This document shows, in pieces, positions 24,865 through 38,533 of a DNA stretch of 64,000 nt. The stretch is from NCBI RefSeq assembly GCF_018350175.1, contig NC_058368.1, forward strand, positions 47,742,001-47,806,000. Reading direction: 5' to 3'. The stretch's first letter is position 1. The number at the start of each line of letters is the position of its first letter. This DNA comes from Felis catus. Its lineage: Eukaryota. The notes under the pieces are model-generated. The model was not told where the DNA came from. It worked only from the letters and a program-made list of their open reading frames with translations, and searched no databases. Made by a program: the position numbers and the translations under genes.

Positions 24865-26120
24865 CTTTTAAGCAGCTTTATTGAGGTGTAACTGACATAC
24901 AATAAACTGCACATATTAAAAACACTCTATTTGATAAGTTTTGACATATATACATACCTATAAAACTATCTCCACGATAAAGATAATGAACATATATATC
25001 AACCTAAAAAGTCTCTTACCCTCTTATAATTTTCTTCTCTTCCCTGCCCTGGGCACCCTCCCTTTCTCAGGCAACCACAGATTTGCTTTCTGTCACTATA
25101 ATTTATTGTGAATTTTTACAAGTTTTATATAAATGAAATCATATAGCATGTACTCTTTTATTGTCTAGCTTCTTTTAATTATTTTGAGTATACATTATAT
25201 AAATACTTTGAGATTTGTTCACATTGTATGTATCAATATTTTATTCCTTTTATTGTTCAATAGTATCCCATTGTATGGAGAGACCACAGTTTCTTTATCC
25301 ATTTACCTGTTGATAGACATTTGGTTGGTTCTAGTTTTTGTTGATTATAAATAAAGCTGCTATGAACATTTGTGTAGAAATCTTTGCATTGACATAAGCT
25401 TTTTCTTTTCTCCTGGGTAAATACCTAGGTGTGAAATGGCTCAATAATATGCTAAATGTATCTTAACTTAGTCTTTCCTTTTTTTAATATTTATTTTTAT
25501 TTTTGAGAGGGAAAGAGGGAGGGTAAAGAGGGAGTCAGAAGATCCCAAGCAGGCTTGGTGCGGACAGCAGAGAGACCGATGAGAGACTTGAACTCACGAC
25601 CCTTGAGATCATGACCTAAGCTGAAGTCAGATGCTTAACTGACCAAGCCACCTAATGTCCCACTAAATGCATCCTAAACTTTTTAAGAAACTGCTAAACT
25701 ATTTTCCAAAGGGGTTATTTCATTTTATATCCCCACCAGCAGTGAATGAGAGTTTCAATTACTCCACATCCTTTCCAACACTTGTTCGGTCAGTCTTTTT
25801 TAATTTTAGCTATTCTATTAGATGAGAAGTGGCATCACACTGTGGTTTTAGTTTGCATTTCCCTGACGATTAATGATGTTGAACATCTCCTCATGTGCTT
25901 ATTTGTTATCATAAGTACAACTTCTTTGGTGAAGTATCTGTGTAAATCTTTGGCCCATTTAAAAAATTGTGTTATTTTCTTCTTAAGATTTCTTAATATA
26001 GTCTAGATACAAGTCAGATTTATCAGACATGCACTTTGTAAATTTTTCTCCCAATCAGTGCCTTTTCTCTTCATTCTTCTAACATGCCTCCCAAAGAACA
26101 GAAGTTTTTAATTTTGATGA
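24865..26120 (-). mobile_element. L1MB/MC-like 3' UTR plus ORF2 C-terminal relic, containing a CAN-SINE at ~25478-25661
   Basis: 'cagctttattgaggtgtaactgacatacaataaactgcacata', 'gtggttttagtttgcatttccctgacgattaatgatgttgaacatct'. SINE TSD ctaaatg(t/c)atc. Confidence 0.88.
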
Positions 26121-26501
26121 TGAATTTTCAAAGTTATAACTGGTCCTAGAAGACTTGCCACCACTAGAAGAGAAGACAAGTTCTAGAATGAAAAAATAAG
26201 AACAAAATAATTCAGGAAGTACCTGGTGTTGTGAAGTCTCACCATCAACCACAGATGAGTGAACAGACAGGACAGCTGTTTTTTACTGAAGAGGGAACAG
26301 AGAGAATCTGTCTCAAGATCAGAAACTACAACCCCAACCCCTCCATTGGCTGTCCCGTATTACTTGATATTCACTTTGGGAGGCAAGTTATGAGACTGTA
26401 GAGAATTTACCTCCTTAAAGCAGCAGTTTAGAAATTAAGAATGCCTGAAAATACTCTTAGATTTGGTTTATATGATTGAGGATGACTGTAAAATAAGCCA
26501 C

Positions 26502-27077
26502 TGTATTAGTTTGCTAGGCTGCCATAACAAATAACACAGACTAGGTGGCTAAAACAACAAAAAATTATTGTCTCACAGTCCTGGAGGCTGGAAATCTGAG
26601 ACTAAGGTGTTAGTAAGCGAGGTGATGCCTTGCTCCTTGGAATGTCGATGGCTTCTTACATGGTCTTCCCTCTGTATATGTCTGCACCTTAACCTCTCCT
26701 TAAAAGAACAACTGTCATACTGGATTACGCGTCACCCTAATGACCTCATTTAACTGTAATTATTGCTTTGAAGACCCTACCTCCATGGCCCCTGAGTAGC
26801 TCAGTCGGTTGAGCTTTGACTTCGGTTCAGGTCATGATCTCGGGGTTCGTGGGTTCGAGCCCCGTGTCGGGCTTCTGTGACAGCTCAGAGCTTGGAGCCC
26901 GCTTCGGATTCTGTGTCTCCCCCTCTCTCTGCCCCTCCCCTGCTCATGCCCTGTCTCTCTCTGTCTCTAAGAATAAATAAATGTTAAAAAAAAAAAAAAG
27001 ACCCTATCTTCAACTACAGCCTCAGTTTGAGGACTTCAAGATATGAATTTGGAGGGGACATAATTTAGCCCATAATA
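26502..27077 (-). mobile_element. MLT1 (ERVL-MaLR) solo LTR, containing a + strand CAN-SINE at 26786-26997
   Basis: Ends tgtattagtttgctaggctgccataacaaa ... ggggacataatttagcccataata. SINE TSD aagaccctacctcca / aagaccctatcttca. Confidence 0.88.
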
Positions 27078-27115
27078 CCCACCTAAATGAAAGAACACCT
27101 TCGGAAGGACTATAT

Positions 27116-27268
27116 ATTTTATTTTGTTTTTGTTTTTGTTTTGTTTGAAAGATTTTTATTATTTTAAGTAATCTCTTAATGTGGGGCTAGATGTGGGGTG
27201 GGACTAGAACTCACAACCCCAAGATCTAGAGTTGCACACTCCATGGACTGAGCCAGCTAGACACCCCT
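27116..27268 (-). mobile_element. Short CAN-SINE
   Basis: TSD gaaggactatat / gaaggactgtat. Confidence 0.88.
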
Positions 27269-27544
27269 GAAGGACTGTATTTTGAATCCATTCAGCACTG
27301 GAATAGGATCAAAGTGAGTAGACTTTCTAAAGGACCCCAAGAATGTGCAACCCAGGTGGAATTAAGTAGTAATTATTTGTAAGGAAATCTGTATAACAAT
27401 GTAGATGAATTATCTCTTAGTAACTTGCCCTGAACTTTTATTTTAAGGGGTGGAATTGTGTATAAATTTGTATTCACACTCTTTCCAGGCAATCAGAACA
27501 GGGGAGTATATGAGTTGGAATTAACCAGCCACCTTTACCTACAT

Positions 27545-27902
27545 CAGGTTTTCTCTATCTTGACACTACTGACATTATATTTATTTTTTATTTTTTTTAA
27601 TTTATTTATTAATTTTAAGTAGGTTACATGCCCAATGTGGAGCTTGAAATCACAACTTCGAGATCAAGGGTCGCATGCTCTGCCGACTGAGCTAGCTAGG
27701 TACCCTGACACTATTGACATTTTAGGGAAGACAATTCTTTGTTATGAGAAGATGTCCTGTACATCACAGGATGTTTATCTGCATCCCTGGCCTCTATTCA
27801 CTAGATACTAGTATCATTTTCCCGGTTGTGACAAGCAAAAATGTCTCCAGACAGACATTGCCAAATGTCTCCTGGGTAACAAATTGTCCCAACTCAGAAC
27901 TG
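27545..27902 (-). mobile_element. MER20 hAT transposon interrupted by a short CAN-SINE (27577-27705, - strand)
   Basis: 'gcatccctggcctctattcactagat...ttgtgacaagcaaaaatgtctccagac...attgccaaatgtctcctggg' is the MER20 core in reverse. SINE TSD tgacacta(c/t)tgacatt. Confidence 0.88.
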
Positions 27903-28549
27903 ATCTAGATAATATTTTTCTAGATTCTGAAAGAGAGTAACTCAGCCACTGGACAATATGAAAAAAAAAGAAAAAGTGATATTATCTGTGAACTGAAGTA
28001 CAAGTGTCCAGTTTGGGCCCAGCATACAACATTTTGCAAGGTCTTTTCTATGTCTTCTAATTGAGCGACGTTAGCTGCTCAATGTCTTGTTGCTTTCCTT
28101 GACCCTACTTTTCTCTAAGTCTTGGGTATATAAAGATTTGCTAAACATGCTTTCTGCCCCAGATCTTTTCAGTGTTCCCTCTTTCTTGGGACCTGTCCCT
28201 TTGGATCATTTGCCTAAATCTGCTGGCTAAAGCTGGAAAGAATTATAGACGCTAGTGTTAAAAGCTGTTAAGAATTACTAGGCTAAAGTTGCAAGTTGTG
28301 TTTGCCTTTTTAAAGAGGATGGTTCTTTCTTAACTCGATGGAAGATTCTTTAAGTGAACTTCACGTAAGATGACATGTTGGGTGTAGAACATGAAATCTT
28401 CTCTCTAGGCGTTCAAATTGGATGACATTGGCCATAGTGTAACCTTACCAATGGGTAAGCCTTTCCAGAAAACACCTCTTGGTGAACCGTGAGTCATTCT
28501 CCCCCCTTTGTTAGCTGCTGGGCACTGAAGAAGTTAAGCAACACAGTAC

Positions 28550-29040
28550 AGGCTGTAAAATGGAGATAATAATAGTACTTGCCTTATAAGGTTATTATGA
28601 AGATTCAAAGAGATAATCCACATAAAGCCCTTAGAAGAGTGCCTAGCACTTACTGAGGGCCCAAAAATGTTAGCTATTGTTATTTATTCATTAAATATAT
28701 AGTGAATTCTGGCTTTGAACTAAGCATTGTGCAAGGTGATGTGGCAGAGTCAAAGATCAGTCACAGATTCAATATCAAAGAAATGATTAATGTATCAGTA
28801 GTATTACTAGCTACCATTTACTGAGCACCTCCCGTGGGTCAGCTTCTATGCTATGTGCCTTATATTTATTATTTTGTTTATTCTTCAAAAAGATCTTGCA
28901 AAATAGACCTCACTTATCCTATTTTATAGATGAGAAACCCGAAACTCCTTGGGGTAAACAAAGTACCATAAATCAGCTATTTAGTCATGGATGTGAGACT
29001 TATGTAAGACCTGGTTGACGCCTGAGTTCTGCACTCTTCT
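28550..29040. mobile_element. MIR relics (28550-28680 +, 28800-29040 -)
   Basis: 'ctgtaaaatggagataataatagtacttgcc' and 'cctattttatagatgagaaaccc' MIR core motifs. Confidence 0.65.
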
Positions 29041-29459
29041 CTGTGAGTCTATGGTCGTAGAAGAGACACTGCACACACATCAAGTAGTGTACCACCTAGG
29101 AAAAAGTGCCTTAGGAGAGATATTGATAAATTGTTACAGGGATTAGAATAGGAAGAGATTTTTCCCTTCAGGGTTTTAGAGAAAACCCATAGGAGAGATA
29201 TAATTTGGGCTGAATTTGCACGTGTGGAATTGGCAGGGTTGAGGTGGGTGGGAACATTCCTGAATATAAGAACAAAATCATACAACAGGAAATTGTGGTT
29301 TTTAAATGAGGAACAAGAGGGAGTTTGGTTTGACTAGAATTATGAAGGAAACACTAATCAGCTCTAGCTGGAACTATTGCCCCTTTGTTCTCCCTTTGAC
29401 TCTCTGTGTTGTCCTTCTGAGGACTTGGTCCTCCATATATATATTGTCTGCATTACTAG

Positions 29460-30055
29460 GAGAGAGACCATCTTTCTAAATATGATCATGTTGCTCTACT
29501 GTACAGAATTCTTCAGTGTCTCCCCATTATCAACATGATAAATATCTAAATTTTAGAGCCTTCATAATGTGCCTCCAACCTACTGCCTGGTCACACCCGC
29601 TTATATTTTCCCTCTTCCATGTTATGCCTAGCAACACTCAACCCAACTGGTAGTTCTCGTGTTCCCTGACTCTGTCCTTGTCTTCACACATGCGCTTTTT
29701 CCTTTTCCTTTCTTGTACGCCTGGAAAATTCCACCTTCATTCTTTGGTTTCAGCTCTTAAATTGCTTTCCTTGAAGCCTTCCTGGACATCCTCTAACTCC
29801 ACCTCCAGGCAGAATTGGCCTATCATTTTAGGCACCCACTACATTGGGTATGTGATCAGTAAGTGATTATTTAATTATTATGATTAAATAATTTTAGTAT
29901 GATTATTTAATTATGATTGATATGTTCTTCCATTTTTTACCTTTTTGAGGACAAAAGCCATGTCTTATTTTCTCTTCTGCATTCTCAAGTCTCCATACAT
30001 AGCAAGGGTCCAATAAATGGCCCTTGAATAAATGAATGAATAAATGCATGACTGA
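29460..30055 (+). mobile_element. L2 relic ending in (aatg)n
   Basis: L2-type 3' end 'aataaatggcccttgaataaatgaatgaataaatg'. Confidence 0.6.
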
Positions 30056-30321
30056 ATACTGGGAGAGTATTAGCAAGGAATTTTGAGGCTCTATCTTTGG
30101 GGATCTAGATGAACTGACTCAGTTCTCTTTATTTGTTTTATTTTGTTCTGTACTGGGGAACCAGGGAACATTTTTCAACAAGGGCCATTAATCTTGGATT
30201 AGTATGTAAAGCCTACAGGAAAGGTCAAAGAGAGATCAGGAGGCTGCAATAAAAACATGGGAGAAAGACAATGAAGACCTGAATTGGAGTAGTGTTAGAA
30301 GAACATTTTGCTTTACCTTTT

Positions 30322-30713
30322 AAAAAAAAAAAAAGATTTTATTTTTAAGTAATCTCTACACCCAGCTTGGAGCTCGAACTTACAACCCTGAGATCAAGAG
30401 TTGCATGTTCTGACTGAGCCAGCCAGGCAAACCCAGTTTACCTTTTTGATCAAGAAAAATTTTGTTGGGAAACGAAGTGAGCTTTCCATATATCATTTTT
30501 TTTTAATGTTTATTTTAGTTTTGAGAGAGAGAGGGAGCATGAGCGAGGGAGAGGCAGAGAAAGAGGGAGAGAGAGTCCCAAGGAGGCTCTTGCTGTCGGC
30601 GTGGGGCGTGGGGCGTGGAGCCCGATGCTGGGCTCCGTGTCACAAACTGTGAGATCAGGACCTGAGCCAAAATCAAGAGTTGGTTGCTCAACCGACTGAG
30701 CCCCCAGGCGCCC
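30322..30713 (-). mobile_element. Short CAN-SINE (30322-30434) and CAN-SINE (30497-30713)
   Basis: Second element has TSD ttccatatatca / ttccatttatca. Confidence 0.9.
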
Positions 30714-33700
30714 TTCCATTTATCAAACTTTTAACAAATACCCCAGAGCTTAAATAAGAAATTCCTAGATGCTCCTAGATGCTCCATTCTTCATGTTCAT
30801 CTGTAAAATGAGATTGGCATTGATGTGTTTCAATTCCTTGTGGCTGATATGAGAGGATTTCACTGAGTTATGCTCCTTCAAGGCAGGGACTTTGAGCCCG
30901 TGGCACCTGCAGAACCTTGAACAGAGCTTGGCAGATGGGTGCTCAACAGACATTTGTTGAAAGAATGCCTTCTGTGTTGTCTTGTTCAGTTTAGTGGCTC
31001 TGCTGTAATTGCTCCCATCTTCTCTCTCGTCCTCTCCATTCAGAGAAACGAGACCTTTGTCTCTGATACTTACTCTGATGGTGCCATTTCTCCAGCCTGT
31101 GTTGGCCTCTTTTGTCTCACTAAATCATACTGTATATTTTTCAAAACAAACAAAAAGCCCATGAACTTTTCCCAGCTGAATCCAACCCCCTACCTTCCTC
31201 CGCTCTTTTCTGACTACACTACTGAACACCACTCGGGAGTCAAGAGGTAAATCAGGCGCTTGAAACCCGCTTACTGGCAGATTGTGAAATCCTTGAAAAA
31301 AGTCTTGGCTTTTTTAGTGAATCTTGCCCTAGGTCGTTGGTTCCTATATCTGGCCGGGTGTCATCATCAGACCTAGTTAAACATCTGCATTCCTGGTGCC
31401 ATTCCATCTTTACTGTCTCAGAATTTAGGATGGGGTAGGGGCCTGAGGAGGACAGCAGGAAGCCCAGGAATCAAAATTTTAGTAAGTGTGCAGGTAATTC
31501 TGACATCCAGAAGGGTAGCCAAAACACTTGGTGTAAGTGTCTTCCAGGGTAAGCAAAGGGGTGAGAGAGAAAGATATGTGCAAACTTTGGTGGAGACTGG
31601 AAGAAGAGAGGAGAGACCCTAGGCTTTGCTTAGTCTGACACTGCTTTTCAGGGTTATCTATGCATTTAAAATTTTATATCTACATTCTACATTTTCTTTC
31701 ATGCTTTTCATGGCTAACACATACATGGAGTCTGGAGGCCCCGGAACTTGCTACTACATTTGTATTAAAGGCAGGAATTTCCATAAAAAACGAACAGACC
31801 TAAATTCTTTTATCATAAAATCCTAGAAATGTTAGGAATCTTAAAGGTCTTTTAGTGGGACATGCAAATTTCTAAGACTACTTTAGATACCCAAAGGCTA
31901 AGCAATGACATCAAGATTAGCAATGCACATAATTGTGGTGAGTAACCCAAGTCAAGCTTTACCTGAGGCTTCCTGCCCCAGGCATTGCTTGTGGAGAGAT
32001 CAGGGAGCCAGAGACTGAAAGCGGAAGGGGGCTAGCTAGATCTGGATGGTTGCACACAGGAAAATGAAAGGAAACAGGACTGTATACGGAGAACAGAAGG
32101 AGTGGGACAGGAGTATGGATAGACACAATCTTTCAGTACACACAAAGGAATTCATTCACTCCTTCACCAAACATTTATTAGTCATCTACTTGGAGCCAGA
32201 TCTGATACTAGCCAGAGTTCCTGCCCTCAAAGAGCTCTCAATCTAGAGGACAGACAAATACACATTACAATAGAGGTGATAAGTCTTAACAATAGAGGCA
32301 GATACAAGGAGTAAGGTAAGGATACACTAAAATACTACAGCCCAAATAGCTCTTTCCCACTCTTTTTTTAAATGCTGACTTTCTTTTGTGTTTTTCTTTA
32401 AAGGGGTGTTTCACTCCATGGGGGTGATGAATACACTTTGCCTTTATCTCCCTCTTCTACTCTCCCCTGTAATCGCAAAGCTATTGCTGGATGCTGTGGA
32501 CCAAAGGTATTACCTTGGTGTGATATAAAATGGCAACTGTGTCAATGTAGCTTTTGAGATATTTCAGGGATGTATTCGCTAGAAGCAAAAAATTAAGGAA
32601 CAGGTTGAAGGTGCCCCAGACCGGTATCAGGGCAGGGATGTTCAGAGACAGGAGGAAAGAATTAATTGGAGTATGAGAAAGAAAAAAACATTATTCCAAA
32701 CATGGAAATGGCTGCAATTAGGAAATATCAGGCAATATAGTTTAACCTGCATAGTGGAAGGTAAGCATTTACCGATTAGAAAGGGGGGGAATACATCCCA
32801 AAACATTTAATAAAGAACCGCGTGAATCAGAAGAGCTACAGGAAATTTTAAGGATACCAGGAAAGATGTTACACTGTTAAAATCTACTGTTGTAGTTGTT
32901 AGATTAATTGAAAATTAATAATCAAATTGGTATAATCAGTGGTAAATTTAGTCTGAATGACACCCAATGATTACATTTACTATGCAGCTATAATTTAGTT
33001 ACTTAATGCCAAATTCAAATAACATTTAAATAATAAATAGCTTCAAATAAAATGTAAAAGATGGTTCTGTTTTTTCCCCCCAAAGATTATATAAGATTTT
33101 TATTGCGATGGAATCCTAAATCATTTTATACAGCTTTACATTTCTAACGGCTAGGTTGAATCTGTGCTCCACAGATTTAGTTATTATTAGATATCTTGTA
33201 ATTCAGCCCTTTCCACTGAAGTCAGTGCTTCCTTTTTATTTCTTTCTGCTCCTGCTGCAAGACAGGCACATGCTAGGCATTCAAAAAATAATCACTGACT
33301 GTTGAAAACCTTGACTAGATATGCAGACTCAGTTTATGCTTTTGATCTGTTATAGAAAAGAATAAAATATGGACTCAGGAATCCATAGCCACTTCGACAC
33401 ATTCATTCCCTCCCTCCCCCCGAGTACATATCAGGAAAATATTTGCACTCTCTGGACACATTTCTTCCGATAAAATTGAGATCACATTCAGGGTGCTTAT
33501 TATAGGAGAGCATGCCTGTAACTCAGAATCCACTCCACGGGGCCTTTCGGCTGGATAAGCTGCAAAATGGCCTCAGTTCTCCCACATACTTCCCTGTTGC
33601 AATAATCAGTCACCCGGACTCTCAAGTGCGGCCTGGTTGCCATGGGCAGACTTGTTAGCATGCAAAAGATAGCACCTGTGACTGTACATATTGAAAATGC

Positions 33701-36700
33701 AATCGCAGGTGTATTTGCAAATTGGATTTTCAAGGGGGAAGTTTAAGCAAATCCTTTTGAAAGTGAATCCCTCCAAGGTGTGAGTAATGAAAAAACAAGA
33801 AGAAAAGTGACAATCAAAAACCTATTAAAATCCAGTTTCCAGAGAAGAATCTGACTGCCTAATGACATTTATGCTTTCATAGCTAGGCATTTAACAGTCA
33901 TTTTGTGTCGGTTGCTGCCTTTATAAATGCACATGACAAATTTTTCAGTTCTCTGTTGCTGAGACCCTAATCCCCACCACTCTTGGGTGCTTGAGATGAG
34001 CTGATGGGCCCGGGAGATGAGGTTCTCTATCCCTTTGAACTTCTCCACAGGAAATTACAGTGATACCTCAGTCACCAATACATGAAGCCAATCACTTGTC
34101 CAATCCATTCATTCCATTTATTCTTGCTTGCTTTTATTCCGTCTTCAAAATTCAGGGTATATTATTATGGCAAAAAAAAAAAAAAAAAAAAAAAAAAAGA
34201 CCAAACCAGCCAAGCCAAAATAAAGGCCAATGTTTGAAAACTTTAGACTTTGGGATAGCAATGGATTTCTGTGTCTAAACTAAAGGAAGAAATGGTTGTC
34301 ACCAGAATCGTCACTGCTACTTTTCATTTTCCTTCCTGTTTTGCCTCCCCAATCGTTTGCTTTCATGGAAAGGCCACTGCGCTCCTCCAAAAGTTTTAGT
34401 CTAACTCTTCCGTTTGGTAGCTGGACTCTGTTTGCTGCTGCTGCTGCGATCCCTCTCTGGGACAAACGGAGTGGGTTTCAAGGTAGGAACAGGGATGAGG
34501 AATCAGAAGCAATAGGAACCTAGATCTGACATTTTAGTCAGATTGTAAATGTGTGAGGAGAGCAGCATCTGCTCCGCCTTTCACTCTCACCCTTCAGTTC
34601 TCCCGTTGACAGGGGTTCTCTGGTGGGGCTGCATGGAGTGGTTGACTCAGGATCCACCTCTCTCCCTTTCCCTTCATGGTAAAAGAATACCATTCTAGTC
34701 TGGGAAAAGATGGAATTCTCAAGTTTTAATACTTCAACCAGTTTAGAAGATCATCTTCACTGGTCTGGCATGAATCTGTTTAAAAAGTGATTGGGATTTT
34801 ATTTGATCTCTGTTGGATTCTATGGATTATGGTACCAGACCGTTAAAAATAAATGCCACACAGGAAAATGTTTTCTGAAAGCAAAACCTGATGTTTGCAA
34901 GACTTATAGGCTCATGGGTTTTTGATTGGGAGCGTGCATACAGACCCCTCCAATGTAAATATATACATTTTAAATTTACCTGAGCGCTTTAAACAGCTCT
35001 TAACATCATATGACAAGGAGAACATTTGTTAATCAGAAAAATTACAACCTATTCATACTTATTGTTTGATTATTTCTTTGCTGACCTCTGAGGTCCCATT
35101 GTTGATTAAATTAGTTATAGTAACTCATATTTATTTTAGAAACTAGCTATTATGAATGCAAACTCTTCTTATCGCCAGATGATGGATAGAGGCATTAAGA
35201 AGTTGTTCAACAGGTTGCTTGGTTTGAAGAAATGCTTAAATCCTGATCGGTTACTTTTTTATCAGTGAAGAGTGGGAATTAGCACAGATAAGCCCTTAGT
35301 AACAAAAATTTTATTTTCAGAGTGGAATGTGGGCCCTTTCTTTAAATGCGATTCTTTTAAGGAGCAGATTCTTCCAGTTCCCTTTTAGAGATTTCATGTA
35401 TACATTTTGGTAGGTTGGAAAATGTCCTGAAATAAATCATCTTCCTAGTCTGCACTGGACAAGGTATGCAATGAGGAAAGTTGTCAAGCAGCTGCAGGTG
35501 ATGAAGTATCTGTCCATACTAATCATCTGGACTTTTTTCTTCCTTTAAGAAATTACTATTTTTTTCTGTTTTGTTTAGTTATTGCATAAGGGCCTCCATT
35601 TTATAAAGGCACTTAAAATAAGGCTCACAAATGCCTAACATTTTTTTGTTGGTAAAAGTATTGTTTTGAATCCTTGTTGAAATGGAGACTTGAGCACAAT
35701 AGACTAACCCATGGCTATCCGAGAGGTGAATGACAGGGTTAAAGTTCGTAGGTCTTCATGTTTAATGTAGTCTTTGGTTTGCAGGCCTAGCTGGGCTTCT
35801 CCATCAGATTGGCTGTCCTTTTGTCTCATTAAAGAAATCTCTTCCTGAGGACCAGGCATTGTGGTGATAAATGGTGGTGATAAGGCCTTAATATGGACAT
35901 AATCGGTACGTCAAAACCAAAGACTGAAAATTTCTTCTTGAGTGGCAACTGAATGATGTTGCTCGAAAGTTTTGTCCTGTAATGCCTCAGCTTCAGAAAG
36001 GTGTCTGATGGCCCGTCGGGGCTTTTTGCATGACCTCAATTTCTGATGGCGACTTTTTTATATAGAATTGTTTGGATTCTCTTACCAAACTTATCTGTTG
36101 TGAAGGCAGATACCCAGGAAACGCAAAATCATATGCAAGTACGGGTGGGGCAATTTGAAATAAGAAATTACCAAAGGGATGTGAAGACCGATGGCATGGA
36201 GTTCCTGAAATTGAAACTGGCCTGGTGTCATCTCGTCCAGATCTGCTGGTTCTTTGGTGGGGGTCTCTGCTGTGGACACTGTGAGCGCTTTATCTGCTGG
36301 CATATTCGTGGATGATGTGGAGAGTGACAAAACGGCAGAGTGTGTAATGATTAAACAAGTCACAGGCTCAAGTCTTGCTCCCCTCCTCCACTGGTTTCCT
36401 TGGAGACACAGTTCCTTGTCAATTTTTTGAATCACATTAATATTAAACTACGACTTTGAATTGGGAAGAATGCGAGGTATCTGAAGAGTAATATTTATAT
36501 CTTCCATGTGACATTTGCATCACACGGATCAACGTTTAAAATGTTCTTGAGAACACTGAAAAATAAGGAAATAGAGTTCAAAAATAAAGTATAGAACTTG
36601 TTAGACTAGTTTCTGTTTAAAACTTGGTGGATTATACCTCTTTGTTTTAAACCATTAGAACAGCAATGATTAAATATCAGATTCCTTAAAGAGTCACTAG

Positions 36701-36871
36701 TTCCTTTTGGAAAGTTTTGATTAAAGCATTGTATTTATTAAACTGTTCTACCCACACATCTTTCCTTCAAGATGTTGTTTTTCCCACGTCTGCTGTTTTA
36801 TTACATGACAGTTATTGAAAGGTTAGATGCCGTTTACTTTCCCAAGGTTTATTTTTATGTCATATAAATCA

Positions 36872-36911
<40 letters not shown>

Positions 36912-36919
36912 CTCACAAG

Positions 36920-37160
36920 AAGCAGTGTGGTCTGTTCAAACTGGGCGCCAGGAGACCTGGGTTCTATTTCCGACTCTGACATGTGACTGTGGGCAGGTTA
37001 ATGAATGCATGTGTCTCAGTCTCTCTGGATGCATAATGGGGATAATAATATCTCCTTCTACCTACTTCACAGAGGTGGGGTTTTTTTTTTTTTTTTGAGG
37101 ATTAATTGCTTAATGTTTGCAAACCACTCTGAGCTCCTTTGATAAAACACAAAGCACCAT
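36920..37160 (+). mobile_element. MIR relic
   Basis: 'ggagacctgggttctatttccgactctgac...gtctcagtctctctggatgcataatggggataataata'. Confidence 0.65.
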
Positions 37161-38368
37161 TATTTATGACAATAATAATAGTGTCTTGGGTCTGCAGGCT
37201 TGCTTTCATCCAAGGATCCCAAAGTACTTTACCACTGGGATTGTAACTTTACAGAGGATTACTGTGTGGTGGCTGGCTCTCCTTGTAGAAACAGATGGTA
37301 ACAAGCAGTCTGGGTTTTCACTGGAGAGTAATTAAGTCTCCCACCAACCTCTTGCGTCATTTGCATAAACTTCCCAAGAAAGCTCCCAAAAGAGAGCCTA
37401 GTCTGACTCCTTATCCCTCAACACTATTTATAAATAAGCCCTGGGCGATTTGGAATTTGGAATATCAATGTTTTCAACTCCCAAATCTATTTGTTGAGGA
37501 TTAGGTAAAGCATGAGAATGTTTACACGGTAGGCAAATTAGTTTCAACAAAAACAAAAATGTAACAAGCGGGGGTTACCTGCAGGTCTTTCAGGTTGTGT
37601 ACCCCAATTATGGACGAGTCCTGTGATCTCTCCCTGGCAGTCTGGTTAGCCTAACTTTCGGTTAATTGACAAAGATGAATTAAGTGCCTAACTCATGTGC
37701 GTGTCTGGAGTTATTAAGGAGAAAAGTGTACGATGTGGTCCCTGCCCTCAAGTTGTTTACAACTATTGAGAAGATGAAACTAAGATACAGGGAACAATTA
37801 GTGGACCATGGAAGACAGCATGTAATGAAAGGCTAAATTGTGTGGAACAGACCACAGGAAGTAGAAGAGAAAGGAGTGATCAATATGGACCAGCGTAGTT
37901 CAGGGAAGGTTTGCTGAAGAGGTAAATGGAAAGGAGTGTGTCTTCTACAGAACCCGTCTGACAAAAGAAATGTGTGTAATGCATGTACGGACTAGGTGTG
38001 CCTGTCAGGGGTGCACGGGGGAGACTCTGCCCAGGGAATGGAGTGGCGGGGGTGGGGGTGGGGGCATTTTGGAGCAAGCAAAGAGGAGGAAGCTCCCAGG
38101 GAATGGGGAAGTTTCATAGGCAGGCAGAGTTTGGACTTAATTTCAGTCACTTAAAAAAAAAAAAAAAAAAAAGCCTTCAGAAACCTGGGGACCTGACAAA
38201 AGCAGTGTTTTGGAATGATTCTTTGGCAATGGCATGAAGGGATCCCTGGAGCAGGAAAGAGACCTAAAGCTGGGAGTGTGGCTGGAATCGGATGCAGTAA
38301 TCCAGAGGGGCGGAGCATTATGTGGAAGGGTGTTGTGGAAACAATTAGTTAAAAATAGAGCTTTTAAG

Positions 38369-38533
38369 AGACTCTTAAGGACTTGAGTACAAACTAAGGG
38401 TAGATGGGGGGTGGGGAGAGGGGAAAGTGGGTGATGGGCAGGGAGGAGGGCACTTGTTGGGATGAGCACTGGGTGTTGTATGGAAACCAATTTGACAGTA
38501 AATTATATTTTAAAAAAAAAGCAAAAAAAAAAA
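38369..38533 (+). mobile_element. Very short 5'-truncated felid L1 (L1_Fc-like 3' end)
   Basis: G-rich L1 3' UTR 'gggatgagcactgggtgttgtatggaaaccaatttgac', poly-A. TSD agcttttaag at 38359-38368 and 38534-38543. Confidence 0.9.

Noticed and set aside
34172..36907. Orphan A27 (34172-34198) and T33 (36875-36907) as ultra-truncated retroinsertions
   Set aside because: No TSD or element body is visible, so simple homopolymer expansion suffices.
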